DNA of 63,990 nucleotides, counting the filler, from Basidioascus undulatus (lineage: Eukaryota): assembly GCA_000826855.1 (NCBI GenBank). It is 3 parts of 3 records of this genome, joined end to end, with 100 filler letters (N's around TTAATTAATTAA, not from the genome) between each part and the next. Parts side by side here need not be neighbours in the genome. Positions count along the whole stretch, not along the records: positions 21,577 to 42,967 come from JTLS01000331.1; positions 43,068 to 63,990 come from JTLS01000355.1; 1 more part is not named here. One strand, written 5' to 3'. The notes under the pieces were generated by a model, which saw only the letters and a program-made list of their open reading frames with translations, made no database searches and was not told where the DNA came from. This document shows, piece by piece, positions 35,801-48,124 of this stretch. Positions within the stretch are counted from its first letter, which is position 1; each line of letters starts with the position of its first letter. Made by a program: the position numbers and the translations under genes.

Positions 35801-37774
35801 GACATTCTGACGCCTGACACCAGGTTTCCACGCTCAACGTCTTCCGCACCGTTCAAGAGCAGACGGCGCTCCAGCCCAAGACGGGCAGCTACAAGGACCT
35901 CGACCAGCTCATCACGTTCGTGCTCCGCAAGTTCTTCAAGGCTGCCGCGGAGAACCCGCTACTCTTCATCGAGGTGAGCAAGTCGTCTGACGACAACAAA
36001 AGATCGCCAAGGTGCCTTCCCTGAGCTGACGCGCCGGACCTTCGCTTGGCCCATTCTAGGTCTTCTACCCCAAGAGTCACGGTAAGTGGAAGGAGTACTC
36101 GAGCTTCGTGCCGGACGAGAAGCCTCGGGCCGGCGGCCGCAGCGCGGAGCCGAAGGTGCGTTGTCGCCGTTCGAAGTCGAGTCCTGTGCGGACGGCGGCT
36201 TACTGTTGGGGTCTTATGCAGGCGAAGCATCTTCCCGCCGAGGTCGAGGTTGTACCCGGGTTCACTATCACCCAGCAGCTCGGCATCGCCATGGCTGCCC
36301 TGCAGGAGGAGGGTCGCGAGGAGCTCATCCATTGGGCCCGCGAGGTGAGCCCTTCCGCGTTTCCGGTACCGTAGCTCGCTGACTCCTCGGAACAACCTAG
36401 ATCCTCGCTCTCGTCGCGGCTCAGCGGCAAGAGATCATCCTCTCCACCGACGGCCCGCCTGAAGAGGCCGAGGTCAATCCGTACGACGTCGAGCCGACCG
36501 TCGCGAAGGGACCGTCCGAAGCCGCATTGGCGAAGTTCGAAGACTATGGTGCGCGATGCAGAGTTTTTTACTATCCCTCGCGGACAGCAGCTGACTTAGC
36601 TCTGCTCTGCAATTTCACAGCCATCCCCTGCGATACGAAGGAGAAGAAGGACGGCACGATCAGGAACCCGCATCTCAAGCTCATGTTCCGCATCCTAGAC
36701 TTTAAGGCGTCGGAGTCAGGTGCGTCTTAAACTCTTCGTTTCGCAGGAATGAAATAGGAAGCTGAACCGAGAAGGGCGCGCTGAGGATCCCGAAGACATC
36801 GTCTGGACGGTGCCCTCCTCGCTGCTGCCGAGCGCGCTCGAGTCCTCCATCAACATCATTGACGGCTTCCTGCGCGAGCCGCTTGACATGGATGGCGAGA
36901 AGGCGTCCGACCGTCTGCGCAAGAAGCGCCGCCCGCCGCGCAGGCGCAAGCACGTCGCGCGCCCGACCGTCGGCTCCGACAGCGAGCTGGTCGACAGCGA
37001 GGAGGAAGCGCCGCGCCGCAGGAAGAAGAAGCAGAAGGAGCAGCAGAATTACTTGTCTGCGCAGTTTATCGAGGACTCGGATGAGGGTACGTACCTTGCC
37101 CACGTTGGCTTGCGGATGCCTGCTCACGAAGACCTCTACAGATGAGGAGGCTCTGGCCGCGTTCTTCGCCCGCGAGGAGGTGCGCACGCGCTCCCCGTAT
37201 CTCGATATAGTCAGACTCGCGCTAACGCGGCCCCCATTTACAGGAGATCCGCAAGCAAGCCTTCGCTCGGGCTGCTTCAGCGGCTACGTCTCGCGAGAAC
37301 ATGGGCGGCAAGAAGAAGCGCAAGCGAGGCAAGGCCGCGGCTGCCGAACCCAGCTCAAGCATTTCGGCGGGCGACGGCGACGAGGATGGCGATGGCGACG
37401 CAGCTCCGCGCGAGGGCTCGAGCAGCCCACGGCGGCGCGGGTCATCGAGCACTCCGCGGGACGGCGACGGCGGTAGCGATGACGATGCGCAGTCTTCGAG
37501 GCGCTCGGAGACGCCGCGCGCAGACTCGCCCGAGCGATCCAGGCCAAGACCAAAACCACGACCTCGCGCTTCTCCGGCTGCCAAGGCGGCGATGTTGAGC
37601 GACGAAAAGATCCACGGACTAGAGCCAGAGCCCGAGCCCGATGCGATGCAGGTGGACGCTACGTCCGGGACCGCTGAGCGGGAGGAGGACGAAGAGGAGG
37701 GTGCGGCGTTGGCGCCTACGACTGGGACGCAGGCGAAGAGGCGCAGAGTGATCGAGTCTGACGACGAGAACTAA
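32874..37774 (+). CDS. TOF1: Replication fork protection protein Tof1/Swi1/Timeless
   Basis: IVNLVAALGG...YKLGDECLGCLKDLKKFWRKDDTDESRTVARILYETNVLHNDLIPIL, TWPI, SRHSRFGT, WKELHAGIDCFTQ, LHRAAVKAQAEGLFFKVSTL, YLSAQFIEDSD and an acidic tail. Confidence 0.94.
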
Positions 37775-38390
37775 TTTCATACACGCTTATGGGCGTTCTT
37801 TGCTGTTTTGCCTGTTGCTCGCCGTGGCAGCCTGTACTTTCTGGCGCAGTTGAGAGTCGGCAGACGACTTGCCATATGGCCAGTTGAGCTGACCAGCTGT
37901 ATCTTCAGCCTACTGTCCCGCATGAAGGTGAGACGAGCGGCACAGTACTTTCCGCAGGGCTTAAGGAACGGGAAGGGCAGGCCAAGCAGATGATCACATG
38001 GAAAGTGCGAGTTTCTCGTGGTTTGTCACGGGTGGGAGGCTGGGTGGAGAATTTTGCCCGCAATGGCGCGAATGTCAACATGCCCATGACCGGCGGATGA
38101 GTGCATCTTGAACAATGGGGGTTGTGCCACGCGTGTCGGAGCATACGAAAAGGAACCCCCTCACCCGCAATTCTTTGTCGCACGGGACACAGGTTCTCAG
38201 TGCGGGAGGATGAGCATTTGGCTGGCCACTAGGTAATGTAGCTGTCTACCCAGTTGTCCACAGCTCTTCAACCCTTTGTTTGTCTGATGCCAGACAATAC
38301 GTAAGCTCATAACGTGAGCTTGACTTGTCATCGAATGTGGCGAAAGAACAAGCCTGGCTAATGCAGGTAGTATACATCATCGCTGCATCA

Positions 38391-39060
38391 TTACTGCGAG
38401 CAAGTACATCTTGATGCGTTCCCAGTGTCAAGCATGAGCATGTTAACCCTGTCCACCAACTTCATGAGCCGGTCGTTCAGCATCCTCCTCACCCTGACCC
38501 CCCGGTCGCTCACGAACCGCGCCCAGACGCGATGCCTACCGTTTGGCTCATTCTGCTTGCCCAAGCGGAGAACGAGGCGCTGGCGCGATTCAACGCGCTG
38601 GAAGTCCTCGTGTATAGCACGGTGCAAGGCCCGAAAGTCTGGGAATGTGATGAACGCTTGGCACATAGTCAGCGCCTTCCACAGGGTAACAGGATAGACA
38701 CAAAAGAAAAAAAGAGCAGCTGTGGCGCAGAGCGTGAAATGAATGTGAATGCCGAGGGATCTCGTCCTCGAAGAGGTACTCGACAAACGAGTGAAGGATC
38801 TCCGCGGGCAGAGTCAGGAGGGGGAGCTCTGGCGTTCCGGGAGGTGCGCAGCGGTTGGGGCTTCTTCGGCAGCGTGAATGTGAACGCCGAGGTGGTGCAA
38901 TCGAAGTGCGTAGAGATGGGGTGGTAGTCGAGAGCAGCTGGGGATGCAGTAGCAGTGATGGTGGAAGGAGGACAAGAACGCGCGGGCGGCATTTCGACGT
39001 CCCGTCCCAAGACCACTGCAGCCGGCTGAGAAGGCCGTAAACTTCCAGCAACTTCGAGCA
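38391..39060 (-). pseudogene. F-box gene remnant, paralog of 21577-22665
   Basis: THFDCTTSAFTFTLPK, then GTPELPLLTLPAEILHSFVEYL (F-box), then NGRHRVW (NRRRIW-like terminal motif). The three blocks lie in three different frames. Confidence 0.6.
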
Positions 39061-39379
39061 CCGGTTTGCGTTGTGCGCTTTATCGCCTCACGCGCTCAAA
39101 AGACAAGTTCAAGCTGTTGTCTACAACATAACGCAATCAAATTACAGCAGTGATACACACTGCAGGCTTTCGATCGACTTGCCGGTCTCCATTGTCTCCA
39201 TTAACCGCCAGCGAGGATTTCAAACCCAATTTTTAGTCCTGCTGAAGAAACAAGGGTATAAGCGTGTGCTTTCAGAGGCAAGTCGATCCGGGACTTAGGG
39301 TGTGCTCTGTCAAGCAGCCTCATCGACGAAATCACCATGCTGCATAGTGCCGTCGCTTTTCTGCGTCTAAGCGTCCGCC

Positions 39380-40090
39380 TCGCCCATGGCCACGGTGGAA
39401 ATAATGGAGAGTAAATCTGTCAGGTTTCCCTCCAGAATGTGATATCTCTAGTGTTTAGGACGCACTGGTGACCTTACGATCAGGCTCGCATTCCCAACGA
39501 AGCAAGGCGCCAAGCACCATTGATGTTCTGTCTTGTGGTTAAGGAAAAAAGACACTAGGGAAGATAAACAGATGCGTTGGAATATTGGAGACTAAGAGGT
39601 CTTGAAAGGGCCTGTCTTGATGAAGCCTTGCGGCGCAAACCATATTGCATTGTCACCGGCATGAACCGTGACAGGGATCAGAACAGCAATATGGCTCCTC
39701 AAACTTGATACGGATGTTAATTTTGATTATATTCAGATTGCCCACAGTACCTTAGGACTCCGCATTAATCCTAAGCAGCGCAGATGTGTGGCGCAGCGAG
39801 GTCTCAGGAAGGACCGACCTCGTGTTGTGAAATCTTGCCTACAGGCCGCCATGAACGTGCCCGGTATACTTCGCAGAGCACAGTCTATGCTATGACCAAC
39901 CTTTTCCTCAGCCGTCATGCAGCGATAAAATCCAGCGCAAGGTCCGATGTCAGCCTGGCACGCGTTTGTGAATGCACGCAACGCCTCTTGCTCTAAAGAA
40001 CCAGCTTTATCATACGCACTCTGCTCATTAGGTGCTTCTTTCTTATAGTAATCTGCCTTTGCATCCTTACATTCTATACGAGAGAAAGCT
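39380..40090 (-). pseudogene. Possible decayed SET-domain gene
   Basis: In SET order with frameshifts: MTAEEK/ARFHNTRSV...ALLRINA, then LFIFPSV..FLNH (~39545), then TRDI..G..LT (~39445). The region is lower in GC. Confidence 0.35.
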
Positions 40091-40236
40091 AGTTGGCAGT
40101 CTGAAATTTGACATCCTAGCTGCGCTGGCCTCGTCCGCCTCGTCCGCACTCATCCGTGGGAATCCCTGAAGTGCCTCGAGCGATACGTCGTCCGAGCAGC
40201 TTCCCCTTACCCTTCATCTCAATCTCTACCCTCAGC

Positions 40237-41163
40237 ATGGCACGGATAGACCCACTCCCACCGTCCCCGCCCAGGAAGCCTAATCCCGCGCTGGACATGT
40301 CGGAGGACGAGATCCGGCGTCTGATCGGTCTCTCGGGCGCAGGAACGATCCTCAAGTCCGTGGCCCCAGGCCTGCCGCCGTCGAAGGCGCCACAGGCTAA
40401 GAAGGGCGAGCTCAAGCCGTCTGAGGTGCCGGTGACGGGGAACCCGACACTTCTGGCCCAGCTGGAGGAGCGTGAGCGGGCGGCCGCGGCGGCGGCGGCG
40501 GAGGACGCGGACGAGCCGGGGGAGGTGTTCCAGGCGATGCTGCTCATCATCCCATTCTCGTGCGCTTTACCCCCCCTTTGCTTTGTCAGGAGCGAATGCT
40601 ATATGTTATGGAGAAGAGTGTGACTGATTGCGTGTGCGTGGTGTGGTCGAAAGGTTTCTGTATCTCCTCATGGACCTGCTCGTAAGGCTGCAGTACGGCG
40701 AGACACCCACCGTGGCCGGTGAGGCGGGCCGCATGGCACAGTCAATTCCTCGTGAGTTCCCATCAGATCTGCAAAATCGGTCTTCCGTGCTGACTTGAGA
40801 GCCACCCGCAGTCCTGTCCATCATGATCTTCTACTGTCTGTACCTCTCAACCTCACCCTCCAGCACCTTAGATCCCAGTGGGCCTCCGAAGCTGACTCCC
40901 CTGATCCAAACAAAACTCTAGCGAGCCGCCATCTCTCCCACATCCTCACCACGGTCCTCCTCTTCTTCGTTTCGCTCGGCAGCGGCATCTACCTCATCCA
41001 CCTGATCAACCACGGCGCGTACGGCAAGGTGATCCAGTCCGCGCCGCCGCTCGGCACGCTCTGGGTGTACACCGTCGTGCAGCTCGACCTCAAGTGGGCC
41101 GTCGCGGCGCTCGTAGGCGTCGGCGCGTGGGTGTGGAAGAGCGGGGAGAAGATCGTCTTTTGA
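40237..41163 (+). CDS. Fungal multi-pass membrane protein of unknown function
   Basis: DMSEDEIRRLI...EVFQAMLLIIPFS/FLYLLMDLLVRLQYG...IP/LLSIMIFY/...LLFFVSLGSGIYLIHLIN...APPLGTLWVYTVVQLDLKWAVAALVGVGAWVW; three canonical introns. Confidence 0.8.
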
Positions 41164-41674
41164 GGGGCGAGGGAAGGAAGGATTGGGCCGAGCTTGGGTC
41201 TCACGTCGGACTTTTACATTCTTTGCAATCCATTTCACACCTACTTTCGCATTTTGCATGGAACACTCTGATCCTCCTTGTTCGATCCGCTATGCTTGTT
41301 GGAGGCTTGATGATTCCGGGGCTGGCCGCCAGGCAGCATTCTGCAAACTGGCCAAGCACCGCTCAGACGGTCTAAGCGCTAGTTCGCATCGTTCGATTCT
41401 TGGGGTCTCAAGCCAGTCTCCTATCACTTATCCAGACCTTGTTGCCTCCTCTGCACCCGCCTCCAAACCCATCGCCTTCGCTGCATGCTCCTCGCACCCA
41501 GCTGCATAGTTGTCGTTCCACGAACGAGCAATCCGCTGCCGCACCAGCCCGTAAATGGTTTTCAAACGAACGCCCGTGGGCTGCCAGCAAACGCCAGTCA
41601 ATCAAATATGCGATTGACGTCCCGATCCCCTTATGGCTCTCGACGATTCCAACACCCTTTCAGCCAGCCCGAGC

Positions 41675-42967
41675 CTACTCCTCCCCATCCTCCCCATCCT
41701 CCCCATCGCCCTCATCCTCCTCTCCCTGCGCGCTCGGCCCCTCCGTAGTCATCAAATCGTTGATCCTGCAGTCCGCCATCGCACCACATGAGCCAACCTC
41801 GTCGGAAACAGCCAGTGAGAGAGAGACGCAGAGAGGTAGGGAGGGAGACGACAGACGCACAGGTGCACGAACGGCCGCATCACGCCAATCACGCCCGCGA
41901 CCTTGTCCGCAAAGTCGGGCTGGACGACGTCGGCATCTTTGAAGCTGCACACTCCTTCCCACGTACTCAGCAATGCACAAGTGGGAAATGCGAGAAGGTA
42001 AAGGGGGAAAGGAGACGCACTGGTACATCACGACGAAGTTGCGGAGCTTGAGGAGGTCGATGTCCCTATCCACATCCACCACGCGTCCGGATCAGTCCTG
42101 CCCCTTCCCACTTTTCCCCCAAAGCAACGAGAAACGAGGGCGCACTTGTGGTTCTTGTCGAACCCCTTGGGCGCGACTTTCTGTGTCCCTCCCCAAGCCC
42201 GCGCCGATCAACACCAACCAAGCAAGCAAGCAAGGAGGGGAGGGGTGGGGAAGACGCACCAGCTCCCCCTCGTGCCCAAAGACATTGCACGGCTTGCCCT
42301 TGCCCTTCGCGCCCGGATTGGGTTCCCCAAAGTGCTCGACGAACGCCGGGGCGGAGATGGTTGAACGGAAGGGGGTGGCGTCAGTCGTTAGGTGATGCCT
42401 TCGGAAGGAGGTACGGGCTCAGTGGGGCAGGAGGGGAGAGTGGGGAAGGAAAGGGAGAGGGAGGAGCGGGAGGACCAGGGACGGAGGGAGGATGTACCGA
42501 ATCTGGGCGAGCTCGTCCTTCCCCGCTCCCCATTTTCCGCCGGCGATCAAGCTCTTGTCGCCCGGCTGGACTGCGGGAAAATCCTGGAGAGTCAGTATGA
42601 TGCAGGCGCAGGCCGTAGGGAAGGGGGACGGGAGGAAACGCACTGTGCCTGTTTTCCACGCAAACCCGCTCTCAGCCTCTCCCGGGATCCCGGACCCAAC
42701 TCCCAAACTCACATGTAGTCTGCCCACCTTCCCTCTGCGTCAGGTACTCTTCAACAAAAGCAGCAGAAGCGAAAGACGGGGAGAGGGAACGCACACCCCG
42801 CAAACACCCCCTTCCTCCCGCTCCTGCTCAGGCTGGCGGAAAAGTTCTTCTTGTAAGGCGTGCGGTCGTTCGAGAAGCGAATGTCGCGCGCCAGCCGGTG
42901 CACGAGGTCGCGCGAGGGGAGGTAGGGGAGGTCGTCATCCGCCTGTGCGGGGGGTTGAGTGAAGTGG
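41675..42967 (-). CDS. DUF2461 (TIGR02453-like) protein, 5' end in the gap
   Basis: ARDIRFSNDRTPYKKNFSAS, QPGDKSLIAGGKW, KDELAQIR, PRGFDKNH..DIDLLKLRNF, VMRPFVHLINDLM and an acidic tail. Confidence 0.85.
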
Positions 42968-43067
42968 NNNNNNNNNNNNNNNNNNNNNNNNNNNNNNNNN
43001 NNNNNNNNNNNTTAATTAATTAANNNNNNNNNNNNNNNNNNNNNNNNNNNNNNNNNNNNNNNNNNNN
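42968..43067. other. Artificial contig spacer N44-TTAATTAATTAA-N44
   Basis: Same 100-nt structure as 21477-21576. Confidence 0.97.
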
Positions 43068-43186
43068 TCCGATCTCTCCGCCCTTGGGCGGCGGCTCCCC
43101 CCTTTCTCGCGCTTCCCTCATCCCCCCCTTTCCATTCCTAATCCTTTTCCGACCCTCCCACGCTCGTTACCCACACCTCCGCTACA

Positions 43187-45016
43187 ATGATCGCCTCCGC
43201 CGTCGCCCTCGCCGGCCTCGTCAGCTTCGCCTCTGCCCAGGGCGTTGCGACCACTTATCCCGGCGTCCTTCCCAGCGGAAGTACGTGATATTTCGGCATT
43301 CAAAAAGAACGGCATTCACGGCTGACAAGCGCATCCATCCCCCCCCTCGTCCCCATCTCGTCCCCCTGCCCGTCTCGTCACCCCTTCCGTCTCCCTCTCT
43401 CTTTCCTCTCTTCTCCCTCGAAAAACAGCAATGGGCCCAACGAACCCGCCTAAGGCAACGGAGGGCACCCCGATCAACCAGGAGTCCGAGGCTCGTCTCG
43501 TCTCCCTGAATAGCGTTGATGTATGTCAACCCTCTGGCGGTCTGAAGCGGCCGCGGCGAGCTGACCGCAAGTTCGGCACGTCTCCAGGACTTTTGCCTGT
43601 TTGGTCCCAAGGAGCCCGGGCACACCATCGGCGACACCGAGGCGGAGCAGGTTGCGTGGTGCACGCAGCCCCGCAACAACGCTCGTGTCATTCCCGACGG
43701 CACCATCACCGCCGCGCACTTCGTCAAGACGCCCTTCTACGTCCAGATCCAGGGCTTCGGCGACTTCACCAAGATCGTCAGTCGCCCAGCTTTGTCATCT
43801 TGTCCATGGCATCCGAGCTCTGACGTCTTCGCTCTCTTGATGCGATCAGGGTATCACGGAGGGCGACTACGGTGGGGAGCTCGACCCTCACGGTGCGACC
43901 AACAAGGGTAACCCCATCGGTGGCAACGTCACCTCGAACGTGTCCGGTACGCTTCAGTACAGCGTCGAAGGATTTCGGTGGCTGTTCCTGACCTGCCCTC
44001 ACATTCAATGCAACGCTAGGCGAGGACGTTTCCTACCAGGAGTGGATGGTGCGGCGCATAGTGCTCATTCCGCTCTTGGCGCTCCAAGCTTGACCGCTCC
44101 ACTCCCTTGCACATCTTCTTACAGGAGTTCATCTCGTACGAGCAGTTCTGCCTGCGTATCTGCACGGCCGCGAACGAGACCTGGAACACTGGCGTCATGT
44201 GCGAGCACAAGGTGGGCTTCCTTGTTCTCGGGTTTGAAGGTCTTCCGCACGGAAGCTGACTTGGCTTCGGACTGCAGCTCGACATCATGGGCTGCCAGTT
44301 CGTCATGCCTGGTGACTACACCCCGGACACCTTCGACTCTTGCGAGGGCGAGCCTGCCTACCCGCCCGGTGCGTCCCTTCGTGAGCTGCAGTCGTGCGAC
44401 TGTGCACGCTGACGTTGCCTCTCAGGTGTCTACCCTATCGAGGGTGGCGGCTACTCGACCTTCGCGCAGCGCTTCACCGGCACCTAGTAAGCTGCTGTGA
44501 TGCCGCACGAGAGCCACGGGAACGGTACTGACAAGCCTTCCATAGCACCGCTGACGGCACCGCTGTCGTCTACACTGTCGGCCAGAGTGAGTGCTCTGTA
44601 ACGGCTCTCCCTTTCACCGACATGTGCTGATGCCGCGCCCATCATTGCTAGCCGTGACGCCCACTGCTCCCTACATGGTCCCTGCTACCTCCAACTGCGT
44701 CAAGGCGACCTCCATCAAGGCCAACGGCCTCGATCTCCCTGGCGCGGCCGCCTCGACCGGCGCCGCAGGCTTGTCCTCCCCAGGCGTGCGTTCTTCCCTC
44801 GCTTCCCGGTCACCGTCAGCGTCTTCGACTGATGACTCGTCTACGTCCTCGTCTCAGGCCAAGGACTCCGTCAAGGCGTCCTCGGGCACCAAGTCCTCTT
44901 CCCAGACTGGCACCACTGAGCCCACCAGCGGCACCCTGTCGTTCGGTGCGCCTGCCCTCGGCCTCGCCGCGACCGCGGGCGTCGTAGTCCTATCCGCCTT
45001 CGCTGTTCTGCTCTGA
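43187..45016 (+). CDS. MP88-like secreted/GPI-anchored mannoprotein
   Basis: Signal peptide, RLVSLNSVDDFCLFGP, IGDTEAEQVAWCTQPRNNARVIPDGTITAAHFVKTPFYVQIQG, GGELDPHGA..GNPIGG, EWMEFISYEQFCLRIC, CEHKLDIMGCQFVMPG, a Ser/Thr-rich stalk and a hydrophobic C-terminus. Confidence 0.88.
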
Positions 45017-45244
45017 GCATGCACGCCTCCTTTTGCATTATTTTCGTTCCTTTTTAATGGACATTCGCGTGGCACTCGTTTCTCTTCCCTCATTGGCATA
45101 GGATGGACTGTATCCCTTGTAGCGTTGCAGTCCATGCATCGCACCCCACACATAACGCATAGAGCCTTCACGCTTTTTGATTCCGTGTGACGCCTGACTT
45201 AAGTCAACTGCCCAGCTCTGCCGGCCTCTGCGATACTTCATGAG

Positions 45245-47454
45245 TTATGATGGCGCTACAAGAGCCCTCTTCGCCTCCTCCGGAACTCGATCCTTCTCGA
45301 GCTCAGCCTGGACCCAAGCGCTCGCATTGGCCGCGACCTTGAGCCGCCTCTTTCGCCTGCTGCGCGAGGAGGTAGCTTTGCAGCTGTCCAGGGTTTGAGC
45401 TCGTCAGACAAGTAGCGTTGCGTCAAGGAGAAGGATTTGTACGCACTCGGGCAACACTGAACTTGCGTTCAGGGATGGCGTCCGCATACTGCTTGGCGAG
45501 CTCGCCCTGGTCCACCGCACGCGTTTCACTGCCCTTCTCGCCGCCATCTTCGGACGGCTCAAAGAACGTGCGGAATAGCTGCTCGGCCTGGAAGCGAGAC
45601 GCGTGCTGGTATTCTACCCACTGCTCGCCCCGAAAAGGTTGCTCAGCTTAGAGCGACGGCTGCGCTGGAAAGGATACGCACGACATCGAAACGTCCTGGA
45701 CGAGAAAGCGCTTCATTGAGATGGTCGATTTTGTCAGTCTTTGCGCAGACAACATGTCCCTCCCCGGAAAACACCCGATCGAGCGCCTGCAGAAGGCCGG
45801 AGAGTGTCACGGCAGACGGGCCGTCGTTCTTAGGTCTAGTCGGTATCGGCGGCGGCGGCGGGTGCCGCCCATGACGACTGGTGGCGGAAGAGAAGAGCTA
45901 GAGGAAGACTCGGTGTTCTTATCTGGCTGCCGGGAGCGGTCGTCGAAATCGACGTCGAGGTCCTCGTTGAGGATGAGAGAGTTCTGCCCGCACTGGGTCA
46001 CGAGCTCTTGCAGGAGCGTGCTGATCCCCACTCAAAGGGGTTAGAGGCAGTAGATCAGGGACGACAGGGTAAAACGCACTCGTCGAGGCCCCGTGAGCTG
46101 ACGTTGAGGTAGAAGACGCTGAGATTGATGTGATGGGAGGCAAGAGCGAGGATGGTGGAAGTCTTCCCGGTCCTGCATGAACCTTTCAGCTGCTCCGCCC
46201 CTTTGTACTGCGAGAGGAGAGTATGAGGGCAAGGGTGACGTTCCGTGAGAGGCCGTATGGCAACCAGTCAGTTTGCTCGGCTCGTCATCGCGGTTCGTCA
46301 TGAAAGAACTGACTTATGCCCCAGCAGAGCCGCAATTCAACTTCGGTACAGTTTTTTGTGAGCGACAAGCTTCCTGCGCTCACTGACGCGCCCGTCGTGC
46401 AGTGTTTTTGGATTCCGTCCCACAGCCACCGAAGAAGTCCTTCAGGAGCCCGTAAGGCAATGTACGCTCTGGAGGTTCGCCGTGTTTCCCTTTCATACAT
46501 AGACGTCTTGTGGGTGCTCTCTCTCCGCTCAGGCAACCATACCGCGGGCAGACCTGAATCTGTTCCATCCCTGAAGGAAACGAACATGGCTGCGCTCGAC
46601 CTCGTACGCGCCGCGACCGCTCTCTTCCATCGAACTGGACGAGGGAGCATTAGAATCGCTGGTGAAGGATATGGAATGCTCCTCACGGAGTGGTCGAAGC
46701 TGTGGTATCAGAAAAGGTTGTCGTTCGTTCTTGCCCGTCTCGCCTGCCAGAAAAGTTTCCGCACAGCGCTGACTGTGTATGAGCCTGACCTGCGTGCAGA
46801 TCGATGCCGTGGCGCCGGGGATACCTCCTACACGGCCGCCAGGCCCTTGAAGAACAATGACTTGGGGCGGTCTTTGAAAGAAGTCAGTGTCAAATCCACC
46901 CCCTGCAAGAAGGAAGGAAGAGGAAGTGGCACGCACTGCTCAGAGGTAGGCGCCGGGGCGCCTTCGTTTCCGGATCTCAGTTGGCTCTCACCGGCCGCCC
47001 TCTCCTGCAAGTAGAAGCATCATTCAGCAAGTCTAAATGAAAAGTCTCCTGAAACCAAGGAGTCCCTTTTTCCCCCGCGCATCGAGCTCCTTCTGGAGCA
47101 CACGTCTACCAGCACCACTTGGGTCAACATTCAACCTCTACACCATCGGAGCACAACATGACTGCACGCACCCTCGACCCGGTGCACCACCCACGAGTAC
47201 GCCACGTCCGGCTTCTCGGTCCATATCTCCGAGTACCCTACCTACCCCAGCCAGCCGATGAGACTGCTCGTGGTGTCTTTGATACCTGTAGCGATCGCGT
47301 TGATGTCCGTCCAGCGCAGCGCGTCGACGATCTACCGACTCGAGAGGATGCTGAGCATGAAGAGCGCGAGCTTTAGTGCGGGATACTCGCGCCCCTGCGC
47401 AGTGACGCGGGCTGTGAGCGCCTTCAGTGTATTGGGAGGCTGCGAGGACGACAT
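45245..47454 (-). pseudogene. BCS1-like AAA ATPase, disrupted
   Basis: DVAYSWV (BCS1_N), WKRAVAARTRS, TGKTSTILALA (Walker A), LILNEDLD (Walker B), VTLSGLLQALD, ALSRPGRFDV, WVEYQHASRFQAEQLFRTFF, ELAKQYADAIPERKFSVA. Premature TAG at 47332-47334 and several frame changes. Confidence 0.8.
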
Positions 47455-48124
47455 CGCGGGGACGGTTCAAAAGCGATTCCAGCGATTTTGAGACGATGTT
47501 AGCTTTAATACAACTCATAACACCAACAGCTCAGAACACAAAAAAAGAAGTACGGCGGAAAACCCGGCTGCGGCACGTGGTAGCCACGCTGATGGCCGTG
47601 GCAGCGGTATCAATGAAAGGGCGGGTACGCCAGATGCGAACTTGCGGCAACTTGCCTTTCTCACTGACCGCTCCAGCATCCCGAGACTGCCAGTACCGCC
47701 GGCGGACAGCCACACGATGAAGACTGTCAGACAGTATTGCTGAGCGTCAAACGCGCCAGCCACTCGCAACCGGCCCCGACCGAACTTTGCGAAAATAGAG
47801 CCTCGAATGGATAAGAACGAGTCAGCAAGTCAAGCCAAGCACGAATGGGTATGTCAAAGCGGAAAGTGCGGAGAAGGGGAAAATGGGCATGTATGCGGAA
47901 TAGCGAAGTATGATGAAAGCTGCTAAATGCGAGTTCATGCGAGGTATCAAGAGGGTGTATGTGTAAGAGAAGCGGGCGAGGTTGGGTGAGTGGGAATGGG
48001 AGGAGAATATGCGTGTTATTGTGGCAGGGAATGGGGACCAGGTCAAGAAGCGTGCGAGGTGAGAGCAGAACGACCGGGGGGGCGGGAGATGGGGAGATGA
48101 GGGGGTTGGAGGACAGAGAACCCG

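Noticed and set aside
41675..42967. DUF2461 as a bacterial horizontal transfer
   Set aside because: The family is already known in fungi and this copy has several ordinary spliceosomal introns.
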